Assembly (NCBI GenBank): GCA_018399715.1 | Contig: JAGYNR010000004.1 | Span: 1 to 49,739, forward strand | Reading direction: 5' to 3' | Length of the DNA: 49,739 nucleotides | Source: Desulfobacterales bacterium | GTDB taxonomy: Bacteria > Desulfobacterota > Desulfobacteria > Desulfobacterales > SKZT01 | Shown here: positions 28,427 to 37,111 of the stretch, one piece after another | Layout of the letters: every line of letters begins with the position of its first letter | Numbering within the stretch: the stretch's first letter is position 1 | Notes under the pieces: generated by a model | What the model saw: the letters and a program-made list of their open reading frames with translations, nothing else | What the model was told of the DNA's origin: nothing | The model's database searches: none | Position numbers and translations under genes: made by a program

Positions 28427-29869
28427 ATGGAAAAAACAAAGATTCCGGAAGAAAACGACGCGGCCAAAATTTTAATTGTCGACGATGAACCGTTAATATG
28501 TAATGCTTTGTCCCGCCTGATGAAAAGAAATGGTTTCGTTCCCTTGGTGGCCTATGAAGAGCATTCGGCTCTGGAGATGCTGCGCATCGAAATACCGGAC
28601 GTTGTGCTGTTGGATTTTCGAATGCCCAGCATGAACGGAATGGAGCTGATGAAAAAAGCCAAACAGCTGGATCCGGATCTTCCGGTAGTGATGATAACTG
28701 CGTATGCCGATGTTCATGGTGCCGTAGATGCCATGCGGGCCGGTGCGCATGACTATCTCGCCAAGCCGTTTGACCATAACGAAGTGATTCGGATCGTTCA
28801 CAGGGCCGTTTCAGAAAGAAAGCTGAAGATTAAGTTGAAAAACCTCTCCGCCCAATTGGGGGATCGATTGGTTCTTCGCAAACTGATGGGGCATAGTGAG
28901 GCGGTAGGCAAAATTATCATGGACATCAACAAAGTTGCGGCCTCCGACTTTTCAGTTATCATACTCGGAGAAACAGGATCAGGAAAGGAACTGGTCGCAA
29001 AGGCTATTCACCAGGCCAGTTCCAGGCGAGACGGTCCTTTTGTGGCCATCGATTGCGGTGCCATTCCGGAAACGCTGTTGGAAAGCGAGCTTTTCGGCTA
29101 TGAAAAAGGGGCTTTTACAGGCGCCGTAAAACGAAAACCGGGCAAATTTGAAATTTGCCAAAATGGAACCTTATTGTTGGACGAAATGTTCAACATGTCC
29201 ATGGCGGCTCAGGCCAAGCTTCTAAGAGTTCTTCAGGAAAGAAAATTCAATCGCATAGGCGGTACGCAACCAGTAAGCATGGATGTAAGGCTTCTGGTAG
29301 CGACCAACCGGGATCTGGAGGAAAGCTCCTTTGCCAATTTCCGAAAGGATCTGTTTTTTCGTCTAAATGAATTTACCATCAGAATTCCGCCGTTGAGAAA
29401 TCGAAAGGAAGACATTCCGTATCTGGCCAATCGTTTTCTAAAGTCGACGAACCTGGAATTGCAGAAGAATGTAAGGGGATTTAGCGAAGGAGCAATCGAC
29501 ATGCTGCTATCGTATGACTGGCCGGGAAACGTTCGTGAGCTTCGGTCGCTGATTCGAAGGGCAGTGCTGATAGCTGATGATCTGATCCTTGAAAAACATT
29601 TAGAAATCAAACGATCTTCACGAATAGAGAACGCTTCAGAGAACAAAAAAGGTGTTATCGAGTGGAAGGAATGTTCATTGAAGGAAATTGTGCGCAACAA
29701 GACCTTAGCAGTGGAACGGGAAGTGCTGACGGAGGTGCTCGATTACACGGATGGAAACAAGGCTAAAGCTGCGCGTCTTTTAAAAATCGATTACAAGACA
29801 ATCCATAATAAACTGAAAAGCTTTGGCATTACACCCAAAGGAGGAAAAAATGGCGGATCGACGGAATAA
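28427..29869 (+). CDS. Sigma54-dependent NtrC-type response regulator (GvrA-like)
   Basis: Receiver, GETGSGKE, ESELFG, GAFTGA, WPGNVREL, C-terminal Fis HTH. Confidence 0.93.
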   Translation: MEKTKIPEENDAAKILIVDDEPLICNALSRLMKRNGFVPLVAYEEHSALEMLRIEIPDVVLLDFRMPSMNGMELMKKAKQLDPDLPVVMITAYADVHGAVDAMRAGAHDYLAKPFDHNEVIRIVHRAVSERKLKIKLKNLSAQLGDRLVLRKLMGHSEAVGKIIMDINKVAASDFSVIILGETGSGKELVAKAIHQASSRRDGPFVAIDCGAIPETLLESELFGYEKGAFTGAVKRKPGKFEICQNGTLLLDEMFNMSMAAQAKLLRVLQERKFNRIGGTQPVSMDVRLLVATNRDLEESSFANFRKDLFFRLNEFTIRIPPLRNRKEDIPYLANRFLKSTNLELQKNVRGFSEGAIDMLLSYDWPGNVRELRSLIRRAVLIADDLILEKHLEIKRSSRIENASENKKGVIEWKECSLKEIVRNKTLAVEREVLTEVLDYTDGNKAKAARLLKIDYKTIHNKLKSFGITPKGGKNGGSTE

Positions 29870-30344
29870 AAAAGAAACGGGTTCCGTGTTTGACGGTATA
29901 CTCGATTTTTTGGAAAAAGTAGGGGACTTGGCCGAAAAGGGCGAACAACTGAGCAAGACGGTACAGGTGGAGGGAAAAGATAAAAGTGTAAAAGGGGTCT
30001 ACGGATTTTCCATGAAGTTCGGACTTGGAGGAGAAAAGCCCGAGGTTCAACCCTTTGGAAATATCCGGCCCGACGAAAGATCGGGCGAATCGTTTGTCCA
30101 AGAAGTTCGGGAACCGCTGGTGGATATTTTTGAGGAAAAGGACCATACGCTAATCGTAGCTGAAATGCCTGGTGTCAGCGAAAATGACATCAAGATTGAA
30201 GTCAACGACGACCTTCTCGAAATTAAGGCCGAGAAGGGAGAAAAGAAATATCGTAAGGAAATTCTTCTGCCCCGGGCGTATCCAAAGGAAAAAATGACGA
30301 CATCTTGTAACAACGGCATCTTGGAGATCAAATGCGAAATGTAA
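29850..30344 (+). CDS. gvpH: Hsp20/alpha-crystallin protein, GvpH-like/archaeal type
   Basis: GVYGFS..PFGNI..REPLVDIFEE..AEMPGV..NNGILEI; AGGAGG RBS, overlaps upstream gene. Confidence 0.8.
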   Translation: MADRRNKKETGSVFDGILDFLEKVGDLAEKGEQLSKTVQVEGKDKSVKGVYGFSMKFGLGGEKPEVQPFGNIRPDERSGESFVQEVREPLVDIFEEKDHTLIVAEMPGVSENDIKIEVNDDLLEIKAEKGEKKYRKEILLPRAYPKEKMTTSCNNGILEIKCEM

Positions 30345-30400
30345 ATTTGTTTATGTTTGAAATCCCTTTGGACAAAAACGGAAAGGAAGCTCGAGAAGAA

Positions 30401-32542
30401 ATGAATAAAACAAATCCAGAGCAATTAAAACTCAAGGTTGCCGAAGCCCTTAAAAAGGACGTTGGAAGATCTTACGCCAGGATGGACCCGGAGGACATCA
30501 AAAAAATCGGGGGCTCAATCGGTGATATTGTCGAAATAACGGGCAAAAAAACTGCTGTTTGCAAAGTCATGCCCGCCTATATGGAACAACGGCGGCGTTC
30601 GAGCGTCCAATTGGACGGCATCAGCCGAGAAAACGCAGGTTGTGGCATCGATGAGACCGTTTTGGTTCATAAGACTCCCTGTCTTGGGGCAGATACCGTA
30701 ACCCTTGTACCGATAAACATCACGCCGGCCAAAAGAGACTTAAACTATATTGGAAGTCTTCTGGATGGGCTTCCAGTTATAGCGGGGGATCGTATTCAAG
30801 CGACATTGTTTGGCAGCCGATCAGCTTATTTCAAAGTGGAGAACACGGTTCCCAAGGGGCCGGTCCTGATCAATCCAACTACCCGGTTGATGATCGGAAA
30901 ATCACAGGCCCCGGCAAAAGAAACCAAAAGCCATATCCGTTACGAGGATATCGGCGGATTGAGACATCAGGTGCAAAGAATTCGCGAAATGATCGAACTC
31001 CCATTGAGATTTCCGGAGGTCTTTGAGCGTCTGGGGATAGATGCTCCCAATGGAGTTTTGCTCTATGGTCCGCCGGGTTGCGGTAAAACATTGATTGCCA
31101 GAGCCATTGCACATGAGACCGAGGCTAATTTTTTTTCGGTCAGCGGCCCCGAAGTGGTTCATAAGTTTTATGGTGAAAGTGAAGCTCATCTGCGCAAGAT
31201 TTTCGATGAAGCCAGCCGGAGTGGACCGAGCATTGTCTTTCTGGATGAAATTGACGCCATTGCGCCCCAACGGGAAAAGGTGGTAGGAGATGTTGAAAAA
31301 CGTGTAGTAGCCCAGCTTTTAGCACTGATGGACGGTTTAACGCGTCGGCACAACTTGATTGTAATTGCCGCAACAAACATTCCCAATGCCCTGGATCCAG
31401 CGCTTAGAAGACCGGGTCGTTTTGATCGCGAAATCGGAATTCCCATCCCGGATAAGCACGGCCGGATGGAAATCCTTGACATTCACAGTAGAGGTATGCC
31501 ACTGGCTAAGAATGTTGATATGAAACACTTGGCGGAAATCACACACGGCTTTGTGGGGGCTGACCTCGAAGCCCTGTGCCGTGAGGCTGCAATGATATGT
31601 CTCCGGAGATTTCTTCCGGATATCGACTTCAACATGACTCAAATTCCTTACGATCAGCTCAAAAGTCTTGAGATTTACATGGATGATTTCCGATTGGCGC
31701 TTAAGGAAGTGGAGCCGTCTGCGATTCGAGAGGTTTTCGTAGAAGTCCCCAATGTGAAGTGGAAAGATATCGGGGGAAACGAAGAAATTAAAAAAAGCTT
31801 GGTAGAGGCGGTGGAGTGGCCGATTAATTATCCCCGGCTATTTGAAAAGGCAGGTGTTCGGCCTCCCAAAGGCATACTGCTTTCGGGGCCTCCCGGTTGC
31901 GGAAAGACCCTGTTGGCAAAGGCAATTGCCAATGAGAGCAACGTCAATTTTATTTCGGTCAAAGGACCCGAACTGATATCAAAGTATGTAGGAGAATCGG
32001 AAAAAGGTGTGCGGGAGATTTTCCGTAAAGCCCGACAGGCATCTCCCTGTATTGTGTTCTTTGATGAAATCGACGCCATGGTGGTTTCAAGAGGATCGTC
32101 TGGCTCGGATTCAAGCGTGGCCGAACGAGTGTTGAGCCAGTTTTTATCAGAATTCGATGGAATTGACGAGTTAAAGGGAGTTCTGATACTGGGAGCGACC
32201 AACCGATTGGATATGTTGGATGCTGCGGTTTTAAGACCTGGACGATTCGATGAGATTGTGGAAATTCCACTTCCTGCCGAAAAGGATCGGATGCAAATAT
32301 TTGGGGTGCATTTGAGAAAAAAACCTATAGTCGATGAAATAGATCCCGCGGAGCTTGCAAAGCTTACCGAAGGTTTAAGCGGAGCGGAAATAGAGGCGAT
32401 TTGCAACCGCGCCGCTCTCATGGCCGTCCGAAGGGCTATCAATGATGCTGAAGGCGAACCCAATTCAAACACAGGTGTCAAAATCCAAGCCGCAGACATG
32501 AAAACGGCTATGGAAGCGATGATGACGAAAGGCAGGTTTTAG
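30401..32542 (+). CDS. cdc48: Cdc48/p97/VAT-family double AAA+ ATPase (GvpZ-like)
   Basis: CDC48-like N domain, two GPPGCGKT Walker A, DEID Walker B, KFYGESE/KYVGESE pore loops, RPGRFD twice. Confidence 0.93.
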   Translation: MNKTNPEQLKLKVAEALKKDVGRSYARMDPEDIKKIGGSIGDIVEITGKKTAVCKVMPAYMEQRRRSSVQLDGISRENAGCGIDETVLVHKTPCLGADTVTLVPINITPAKRDLNYIGSLLDGLPVIAGDRIQATLFGSRSAYFKVENTVPKGPVLINPTTRLMIGKSQAPAKETKSHIRYEDIGGLRHQVQRIREMIELPLRFPEVFERLGIDAPNGVLLYGPPGCGKTLIARAIAHETEANFFSVSGPEVVHKFYGESEAHLRKIFDEASRSGPSIVFLDEIDAIAPQREKVVGDVEKRVVAQLLALMDGLTRRHNLIVIAATNIPNALDPALRRPGRFDREIGIPIPDKHGRMEILDIHSRGMPLAKNVDMKHLAEITHGFVGADLEALCREAAMICLRRFLPDIDFNMTQIPYDQLKSLEIYMDDFRLALKEVEPSAIREVFVEVPNVKWKDIGGNEEIKKSLVEAVEWPINYPRLFEKAGVRPPKGILLSGPPGCGKTLLAKAIANESNVNFISVKGPELISKYVGESEKGVREIFRKARQASPCIVFFDEIDAMVVSRGSSGSDSSVAERVLSQFLSEFDGIDELKGVLILGATNRLDMLDAAVLRPGRFDEIVEIPLPAEKDRMQIFGVHLRKKPIVDEIDPAELAKLTEGLSGAEIEAICNRAALMAVRRAINDAEGEPNSNTGVKIQAADMKTAMEAMMTKGRF

Positions 32543-32558
32543 AAGAAAAATAACGGTG

Positions 32559-33371
32559 ATGGAAAAGATCGAATCTGGAATTTATTTGTATTGCATAGCA
32601 GCTTCTGACCGGCTGATGAGCCTTAGTTGCCGGGGAATTGAGGAGAACACTGATGTTTGCTCTAAACGTTTTGATGATTTGTGCTTTGTATACAGCCATG
32701 TCAAACTTCATAATTTTACCGGGGCTTCCGGCGACGACAACATGAGGAACATAGAGTGGGTCAGCCCGAGAGCGGTTGCCCACGAAAAAGTTGTCCGACA
32801 CGTTATGAAAATGTCGCCGGTCTATCCAATCAGATTTGCAACCATTTTTTCCTCCATGGAAAGCCTGGAAAAACAATTGGAACCATATTTTTCCAATATC
32901 TCTATTTTTTTACACGAAACCAATGGAAAAGGCGAATATTCGCTAAAAGGCTTTCTGATTCGCAAAAAGATGATCGATTTTTTGTCGAAAAAATTTTTTG
33001 CTTTCGAAATCAAAGCACTTGACGAAATGTTGCCTGGGAAACGGTATTTTGAGAAGCAAAAGCTGATCCGGAGAATCGAGTCAGGTGTTGACACTTTGGC
33101 GAAAGAGGCATTGGAAAATTTTTTGAACTCTTTAATTTCAAGGTTTAAGAAATATAAAAAACGTAAACCGTTGTCGGGCGATTTATGCGGAGATGGTTCC
33201 GAAATGGTTTTCAACCTGGCGTTTTTGATCAAAGACACTGAGCAGGAAATATTCAGAAATCAAATCGCTCAAAGTAAAGCCGACCTGGAGGATAAAGGGC
33301 TTGTCATCCGCTTAACCGGACCCTGGCCTCCCTATAGTTTCTGCAAAAATATCGAGGCGAGGCAATCATGA
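32559..33371 (+). CDS. gvpL: Gas vesicle protein GvpL/GvpF family
   Basis: YLYCI, HEKVV, PIRFATIF, GPWPPYSF. Confidence 0.85.
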   Translation: MEKIESGIYLYCIAASDRLMSLSCRGIEENTDVCSKRFDDLCFVYSHVKLHNFTGASGDDNMRNIEWVSPRAVAHEKVVRHVMKMSPVYPIRFATIFSSMESLEKQLEPYFSNISIFLHETNGKGEYSLKGFLIRKKMIDFLSKKFFAFEIKALDEMLPGKRYFEKQKLIRRIESGVDTLAKEALENFLNSLISRFKKYKKRKPLSGDLCGDGSEMVFNLAFLIKDTEQEIFRNQIAQSKADLEDKGLVIRLTGPWPPYSFCKNIEARQS

Positions 33372-34111
33372 GTGTCTATTGTTTATATTGCATCTTTTCA
33401 GAAAGCAAAGCCTGCCTTCCGGATTCGCATATTCGGGGGGTGAGAGGTCGTCTGGTATATAATTTGTTCAAGAATGGCTTAGGAGCAGCCGTTTCGAAAC
33501 TTGAAACGCCCCCTTCAACAAAGACACAAAATTTGAAAGTTTTTTCAGACGTTATAGCAGAGTATCACAATCATCAAACTGTGATTCCTCTTCGTTTCGG
33601 ATGGATAACCCGGGACGAAGACCAGATTCGATCTGCTCTTCACAACAACGGGAAAATGCTTTGCAACCGGTTGAAATCCTTGAGCGGATGCTCGGAAATG
33701 GGTATCAGAATTTTGGGACAGGTTCCGCCGACAGCGTCAAAGGCAATTTTTGAGAAAAAACGGACAAAAACAGGAAAAGATTTTCTGATGGCCAGAAAAG
33801 CGTTTTATGACCTGACCAAACACGTTCCAATTGAAATCGAAAATAAAATCGAGATGTTAAAGAAAGAATTGTCCGAAACTTATACGGAGTACCGTTTCGA
33901 GAACAACGGAATTCAAATGTCCGGTCCGAATCGTGGATCTGAAAACCGTCTTCTTGTTTCTCTCTTTTTTCTGGTTCCAAATACTTTTACTGAAAAATTT
34001 TGCTCCATTTACAGACAGTTTTTATTTGAAGAAAATATTAGGGCACTATTGAGCGGTCCATGGCCCGTATTTAATTTTGTATCTGATATCGGCGATCTTT
34101 GCAAGCTGTAA
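33368..34111 (+). CDS. gvpF: Gas vesicle protein GvpL/GvpF family
   Basis: LYCI, VIPLRFG, GPWPVFNFV; ATGA overlap with previous gene. Confidence 0.82.
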   Translation: MSVYCLYCIFSESKACLPDSHIRGVRGRLVYNLFKNGLGAAVSKLETPPSTKTQNLKVFSDVIAEYHNHQTVIPLRFGWITRDEDQIRSALHNNGKMLCNRLKSLSGCSEMGIRILGQVPPTASKAIFEKKRTKTGKDFLMARKAFYDLTKHVPIEIENKIEMLKKELSETYTEYRFENNGIQMSGPNRGSENRLLVSLFFLVPNTFTEKFCSIYRQFLFEENIRALLSGPWPVFNFVSDIGDLCKL

Positions 34112-34158
34112 CAAAAAATTTGCCTGTTTGATTGACTCCCAGAAATATTGTGAACACC

Positions 34159-35646
34159 ATGAACACCATGAATGCATACAATTCAAAAAACTATTCAGTT
34201 GAACGTTGTGAGCGCTACAAAAAGCTTTATACCATGCTGTTGGATGCAATTCCAAGTTCAGTCCTGATGTTGGACCGGGACTTGAAAATCATTTCAGCCA
34301 ACAGAAACTTTTTGAGAAAAAGTCAACGTACGTCCATAAATACCGTGGGGAGAAGACTTTCGGAGATATTCCCGGCAGTGATTCTCAACCGCATGAAGAT
34401 TCCCGAACAAATCGACAGGGTGTTTGAATCCAACACCGCTACGTCGGGTCATCGCATGTACTATAGAGCGCCCGGCATGCCCATGCGGATCTATTATTAT
34501 CGAATCTTTCCATTTGCCTGGCAGGAGGTTGTGGAAAATATCATGTTTCTTATGGATGACGTCACTGAACAGGTCCGTTTGAGTGAGGAAGTTCAAAGGA
34601 TTGAAAGACACCTGGCTAGCGTCATCGACAGCGCCAGCGATATCATCCTTTCAACAGATACCGACAGTAAAATTTTGTCCTGGAACCCGGCAGCGGAAAA
34701 GATATCAGAATACCTGTTCATGGAGGTCAAAGGAAGAGTCCTATCCGATTTCATCGATTCCAACAAGCTTACCGAAATGCAAGAGGTTTATTCTGCTATG
34801 GTGAACGGCAGGGAATCACAGATGGCTGAATGGGATCTGATAAATAAACGCGGTGTTGGAATACGAGTTTTCTGGGTGTTTTCTCCTATGAGGAACGAAC
34901 ATCAAGCGACTACGGGTATCGTTGCAGTCGGAAGAGATTTGACGGAAAGAAAAAAACTCGAAGCTCACCTGTTAAAAAGCCAAAAGTTCGCCGCACTCGG
35001 CGTAATGGCTGGTGGAATCGCCCATGAAATCAGAAACCCGCTTGCAATTTGTTCATCATCGGCCCAATTTCTGATGGATGACAATATAGAAGATAATTTT
35101 CGGAAAGAATGCGCTGAAAAAATCTGTACAGGGATTCAAAGGGCCTCTATTATCATCGAAAATCTCCTGAGATTTGCCCGCCCTTCAGCTACGTCTCATA
35201 TGGAGACTGTAGATCTCAATGCTTTGGTCGAGGAAACTATCCCGCTTATCTATAACCAAGCAAAAATACAAAAAATCATTATAAAAACGGTCTTTCCGGA
35301 AAAACCGGTTTTTATCGTTGGAAACAACAGTCTTCTTCAACAAGTGTTGATTAACCTGTTTTTAAATGCAATCCAGGTTATGCCCGACGGCGGTGCAATT
35401 CGTTTGATGATCATGCAGATTGAAGATGAGGCGCTGATTCAAATAACAGATTCGGGACATGGTATTTCGAAACAAGACATAGACAAAATTTTCGATCCGT
35501 TTTACACTACTTCTCCGGTAGGCCGGGGATCCGGCTTGGGCCTTTCCATTTCGTATTCGATCGTTAAACAACATAATGGGGTTATTGAAGTGGAAAGTAA
35601 AGAAGGCAATGGGTGTACGTTTACGGTCCGATTTCCTGTGAGCTGA
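34159..35646 (+). CDS. Cytoplasmic PAS-PAS histidine kinase (GvrB-like)
   Basis: Two PAS domains, AHEIRNPL, NLFLNA, DSGHG, GSGLGL; no TM; start uncertain. Confidence 0.9.
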   Translation: MNTMNAYNSKNYSVERCERYKKLYTMLLDAIPSSVLMLDRDLKIISANRNFLRKSQRTSINTVGRRLSEIFPAVILNRMKIPEQIDRVFESNTATSGHRMYYRAPGMPMRIYYYRIFPFAWQEVVENIMFLMDDVTEQVRLSEEVQRIERHLASVIDSASDIILSTDTDSKILSWNPAAEKISEYLFMEVKGRVLSDFIDSNKLTEMQEVYSAMVNGRESQMAEWDLINKRGVGIRVFWVFSPMRNEHQATTGIVAVGRDLTERKKLEAHLLKSQKFAALGVMAGGIAHEIRNPLAICSSSAQFLMDDNIEDNFRKECAEKICTGIQRASIIIENLLRFARPSATSHMETVDLNALVEETIPLIYNQAKIQKIIIKTVFPEKPVFIVGNNSLLQQVLINLFLNAIQVMPDGGAIRLMIMQIEDEALIQITDSGHGISKQDIDKIFDPFYTTSPVGRGSGLGLSISYSIVKQHNGVIEVESKEGNGCTFTVRFPVS

Positions 35647-35702
35647 ATCCGGTCGATCGACGAACCAGTGTTTCGATTAATTCAATGGAAGATATAATTG
35701 TT

Positions 35703-36086
35703 ATGAATGAACGCGAAAAACTCTGCCTGATTATTGAGGACGAATCGGATATGTGCTGGGTCATGGAAACCCTTTTACTGGCCAATGGCATACGTTCCAA
35801 AAAGGCATTGGACGGACGCAGTGCCATCGATCTGATTGGACGGTATCAATTTGAATTGATTTTTTTGGATGCGAAACTTCCGGACATAGACGGCCTCGAT
35901 CTGGCTAAAAAAATTTGCTCTCTGGACGCAAAAATACCTATTATTTTAGTATCCGGATATTTTTACAATGACGACACTGCTATAAGAACAGCTTTTGACA
36001 AAGGCATCATTAGCAGTTTCATTTCCAAACCGTTTCAAAATGAGGAAATTTTGAAAGCCATCGAGGTCGCTATCCAAAAAAGATGA
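35703..36086 (+). CDS. Single-domain response regulator (GvrC-like)
   Basis: IIEDE, FLDAKLPD, SG, KPF; start may be 35685. Confidence 0.88.
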   Translation: MNEREKLCLIIEDESDMCWVMETLLLANGIRSKKALDGRSAIDLIGRYQFELIFLDAKLPDIDGLDLAKKICSLDAKIPIILVSGYFYNDDTAIRTAFDKGIISSFISKPFQNEEILKAIEVAIQKR

Positions 36087-36101
36087 TAAAAATCAAATGT
36101 T

Positions 36102-36152
36102 GTGGCAACAATTCCATAGAGTATGGAATTGTTGCCATAGAAGAAAATCCAT
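36102..36152. promoter_or_regulatory. Three palindromic boxes, putative enhancer for gvpA promoter
   Basis: GTGGCAACAATTCCAT, ATGGAATTGTTGCCAT, ATAGAAGAAAATCCAT; consensus ATGGAA-N4-TTCCAT. Confidence 0.6.
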
Positions 36153-36155
36153 ATA

Positions 36156-36210
36156 GCAGGGTGCGGTTTACGCACCAAAAGCCGTTTGTGGTGCATAAAA
36201 TGCACCCTAC
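36156..36210. repeat. GTAG-type REP inverted doublet
   Basis: GCAGGGTGCGGTTTACGCACC and inverted GGTGCATAAAATGCACCCTAC, each an internal hairpin. Confidence 0.7.
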
Positions 36211-36317
36211 CTTGCCCCCTTGTATCGTTTCATGACAAAAACCTACCCTTGTAAACCCTCAAGAGGAAATATAGCCTCATCCAAAGATTCCATCCGCACA
36301 GGTTGAAAAATATCAAC

Positions 36318-36347
36318 CCTGCCTGTGTATGTCCGCACACAGAAAGG
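36318..36347. repeat. Short palindromic element
   Basis: CCTGCCTGTGT...ACACAGAAAGG imperfect hairpin. Confidence 0.45.
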
Positions 36348-36473
36348 CTGTGAAGATTGGATCGTTGTATAAGTCATAATCCCCCTTGAGTTGACTTATA
36401 AATTAATTCCCCCAATTGCAACAAGTTATACTCAACATCGGCACAAACTGCGCTTTTGCTAATTCCTCCCTTA

Positions 36474-36510
36474 CTCCCCTCGCCTTGTAGGAGAGGGGTT
36501 GGGGGTGAGG
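36474..36510. repeat. CCCCTC/GAGGGG palindromic REP-like element
   Basis: CTCCCCTCGCC-TTGTA-GGAGAGGGG-TTGGGGGTGAGG. Confidence 0.6.
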
Positions 36511-36523
36511 TCATAAAAATCTT

Positions 36524-36608
36524 CGTCATTCCGGGCGTAGCGGAGCGGGGACTCGGAATCCAGGAAGCCAGCAAAAACTTCTGGATTCCGGCTTTCTCCA
36601 GAATGACG
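36524..36608. repeat. CGTC-type REP inverted doublet
   Basis: CGTCATTCC...GGAATCCAG / CTGGATTCC...GAATGACG. Confidence 0.7.
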
Positions 36609-36664
36609 GGTAAAAAACTTGAAGATCGGATATTAATTTTATTTTTTTGGACATTTTCTCTTAG

Positions 36665-36681
36665 CTGGCCCTTCTTTTGCA
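36665..36681 (+). promoter_or_regulatory. Sigma54 (-24/-12) promoter of gvpA operon
   Basis: CTGGCCCTTCTTTTGCA, GG-N10-GC, about 80 bp upstream of gvpA. Confidence 0.7.
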
Positions 36682-36758
36682 TATTCCTTTTTAAAACCAT
36701 AAGGGTAGAGGTCCAAAAAGACCTCAAATTCAAACATCTTACATTAAGGAGGCTAATG

Positions 36759-36977
36759 ATGGCAAAAGTACAAAAAAACACTGATTCTTCAAGTTTAGCG
36801 GAAGTTGTGGACCGTATCTTGGATAAAGGTATCGTAATTGATGCATGGGCCAAGGTATCCCTGGTCGGAATCGAACTTCTCTCGGTAGAAGCAAGAGTGG
36901 TAATCGCTTCTGTTGAAACTTATCTGAAGTATGCCGAAGCAATTGGTCTGACAGCTACTGCAGCTGCACCGGCCTGA
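36759..36977 (+). CDS. gvpA: Major gas vesicle structural protein
   Basis: [21 protein letters not shown]...[16 protein letters not shown]; AAGGAGG RBS; the 36456 extension is spurious. Confidence 0.98.
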   Translation: MAKVQKNTDSSSLAEVVDRILDKGIVIDAWAKVSLVGIELLSVEARVVIASVETYLKYAEAIGLTATAAAPA

Positions 36978-37001
36978 TTTTCCACGGTGTAAAATGCCTA
37001 T

Positions 37002-37062
37002 GAGGAGAGCCTTTCCAACTGGTTTTTTCGACAATCTCTTCATCTGGAAAGGTTCTTCTTTT
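37002..37062 (+). terminator. Stem-loop after gvpA (partial terminator or mRNA stabiliser)
   Basis: 16-bp stem 37002-37017/37045-37060, only non-Watson-Crick pairs are three G-U; short T run. Confidence 0.6.
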
Positions 37063-37111
37063 CAAAACTTCGAATACATAAGGAAGTAATTACAAAAAAG
37101 GAGATGACACC

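Noticed and set aside
31828-32499. 223-aa antisense ORF and the many other shadow ORFs overlapping called genes
   Set aside because: Opposite-strand or alternate-frame shadows of well-supported genes, no motifs
34151-34172. 9-bp duplication GAACACCAT near kinase start
   Set aside because: Only two copies in a non-conserved N-terminus; only makes the start codon ambiguous
36439-36454. Second sigma54 promoter CGGCACAAACTGCGCT
   Set aside because: GG-N10-GC spacing fits but the -12 element lacks TTGC; a better site exists at 36665
36100-36610. CRISPR array or a single ncRNA
   Set aside because: Palindromes are of different sequence types with no regular repeat-spacer period and no cas genes; no recognisable ncRNA family
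36456-36758. 100-aa N-terminal extension of GvpA in the ORF track
   Set aside because: It is translated REP palindromes and the promoter; a strong AAGGAGG RBS precedes the canonical start at 36759
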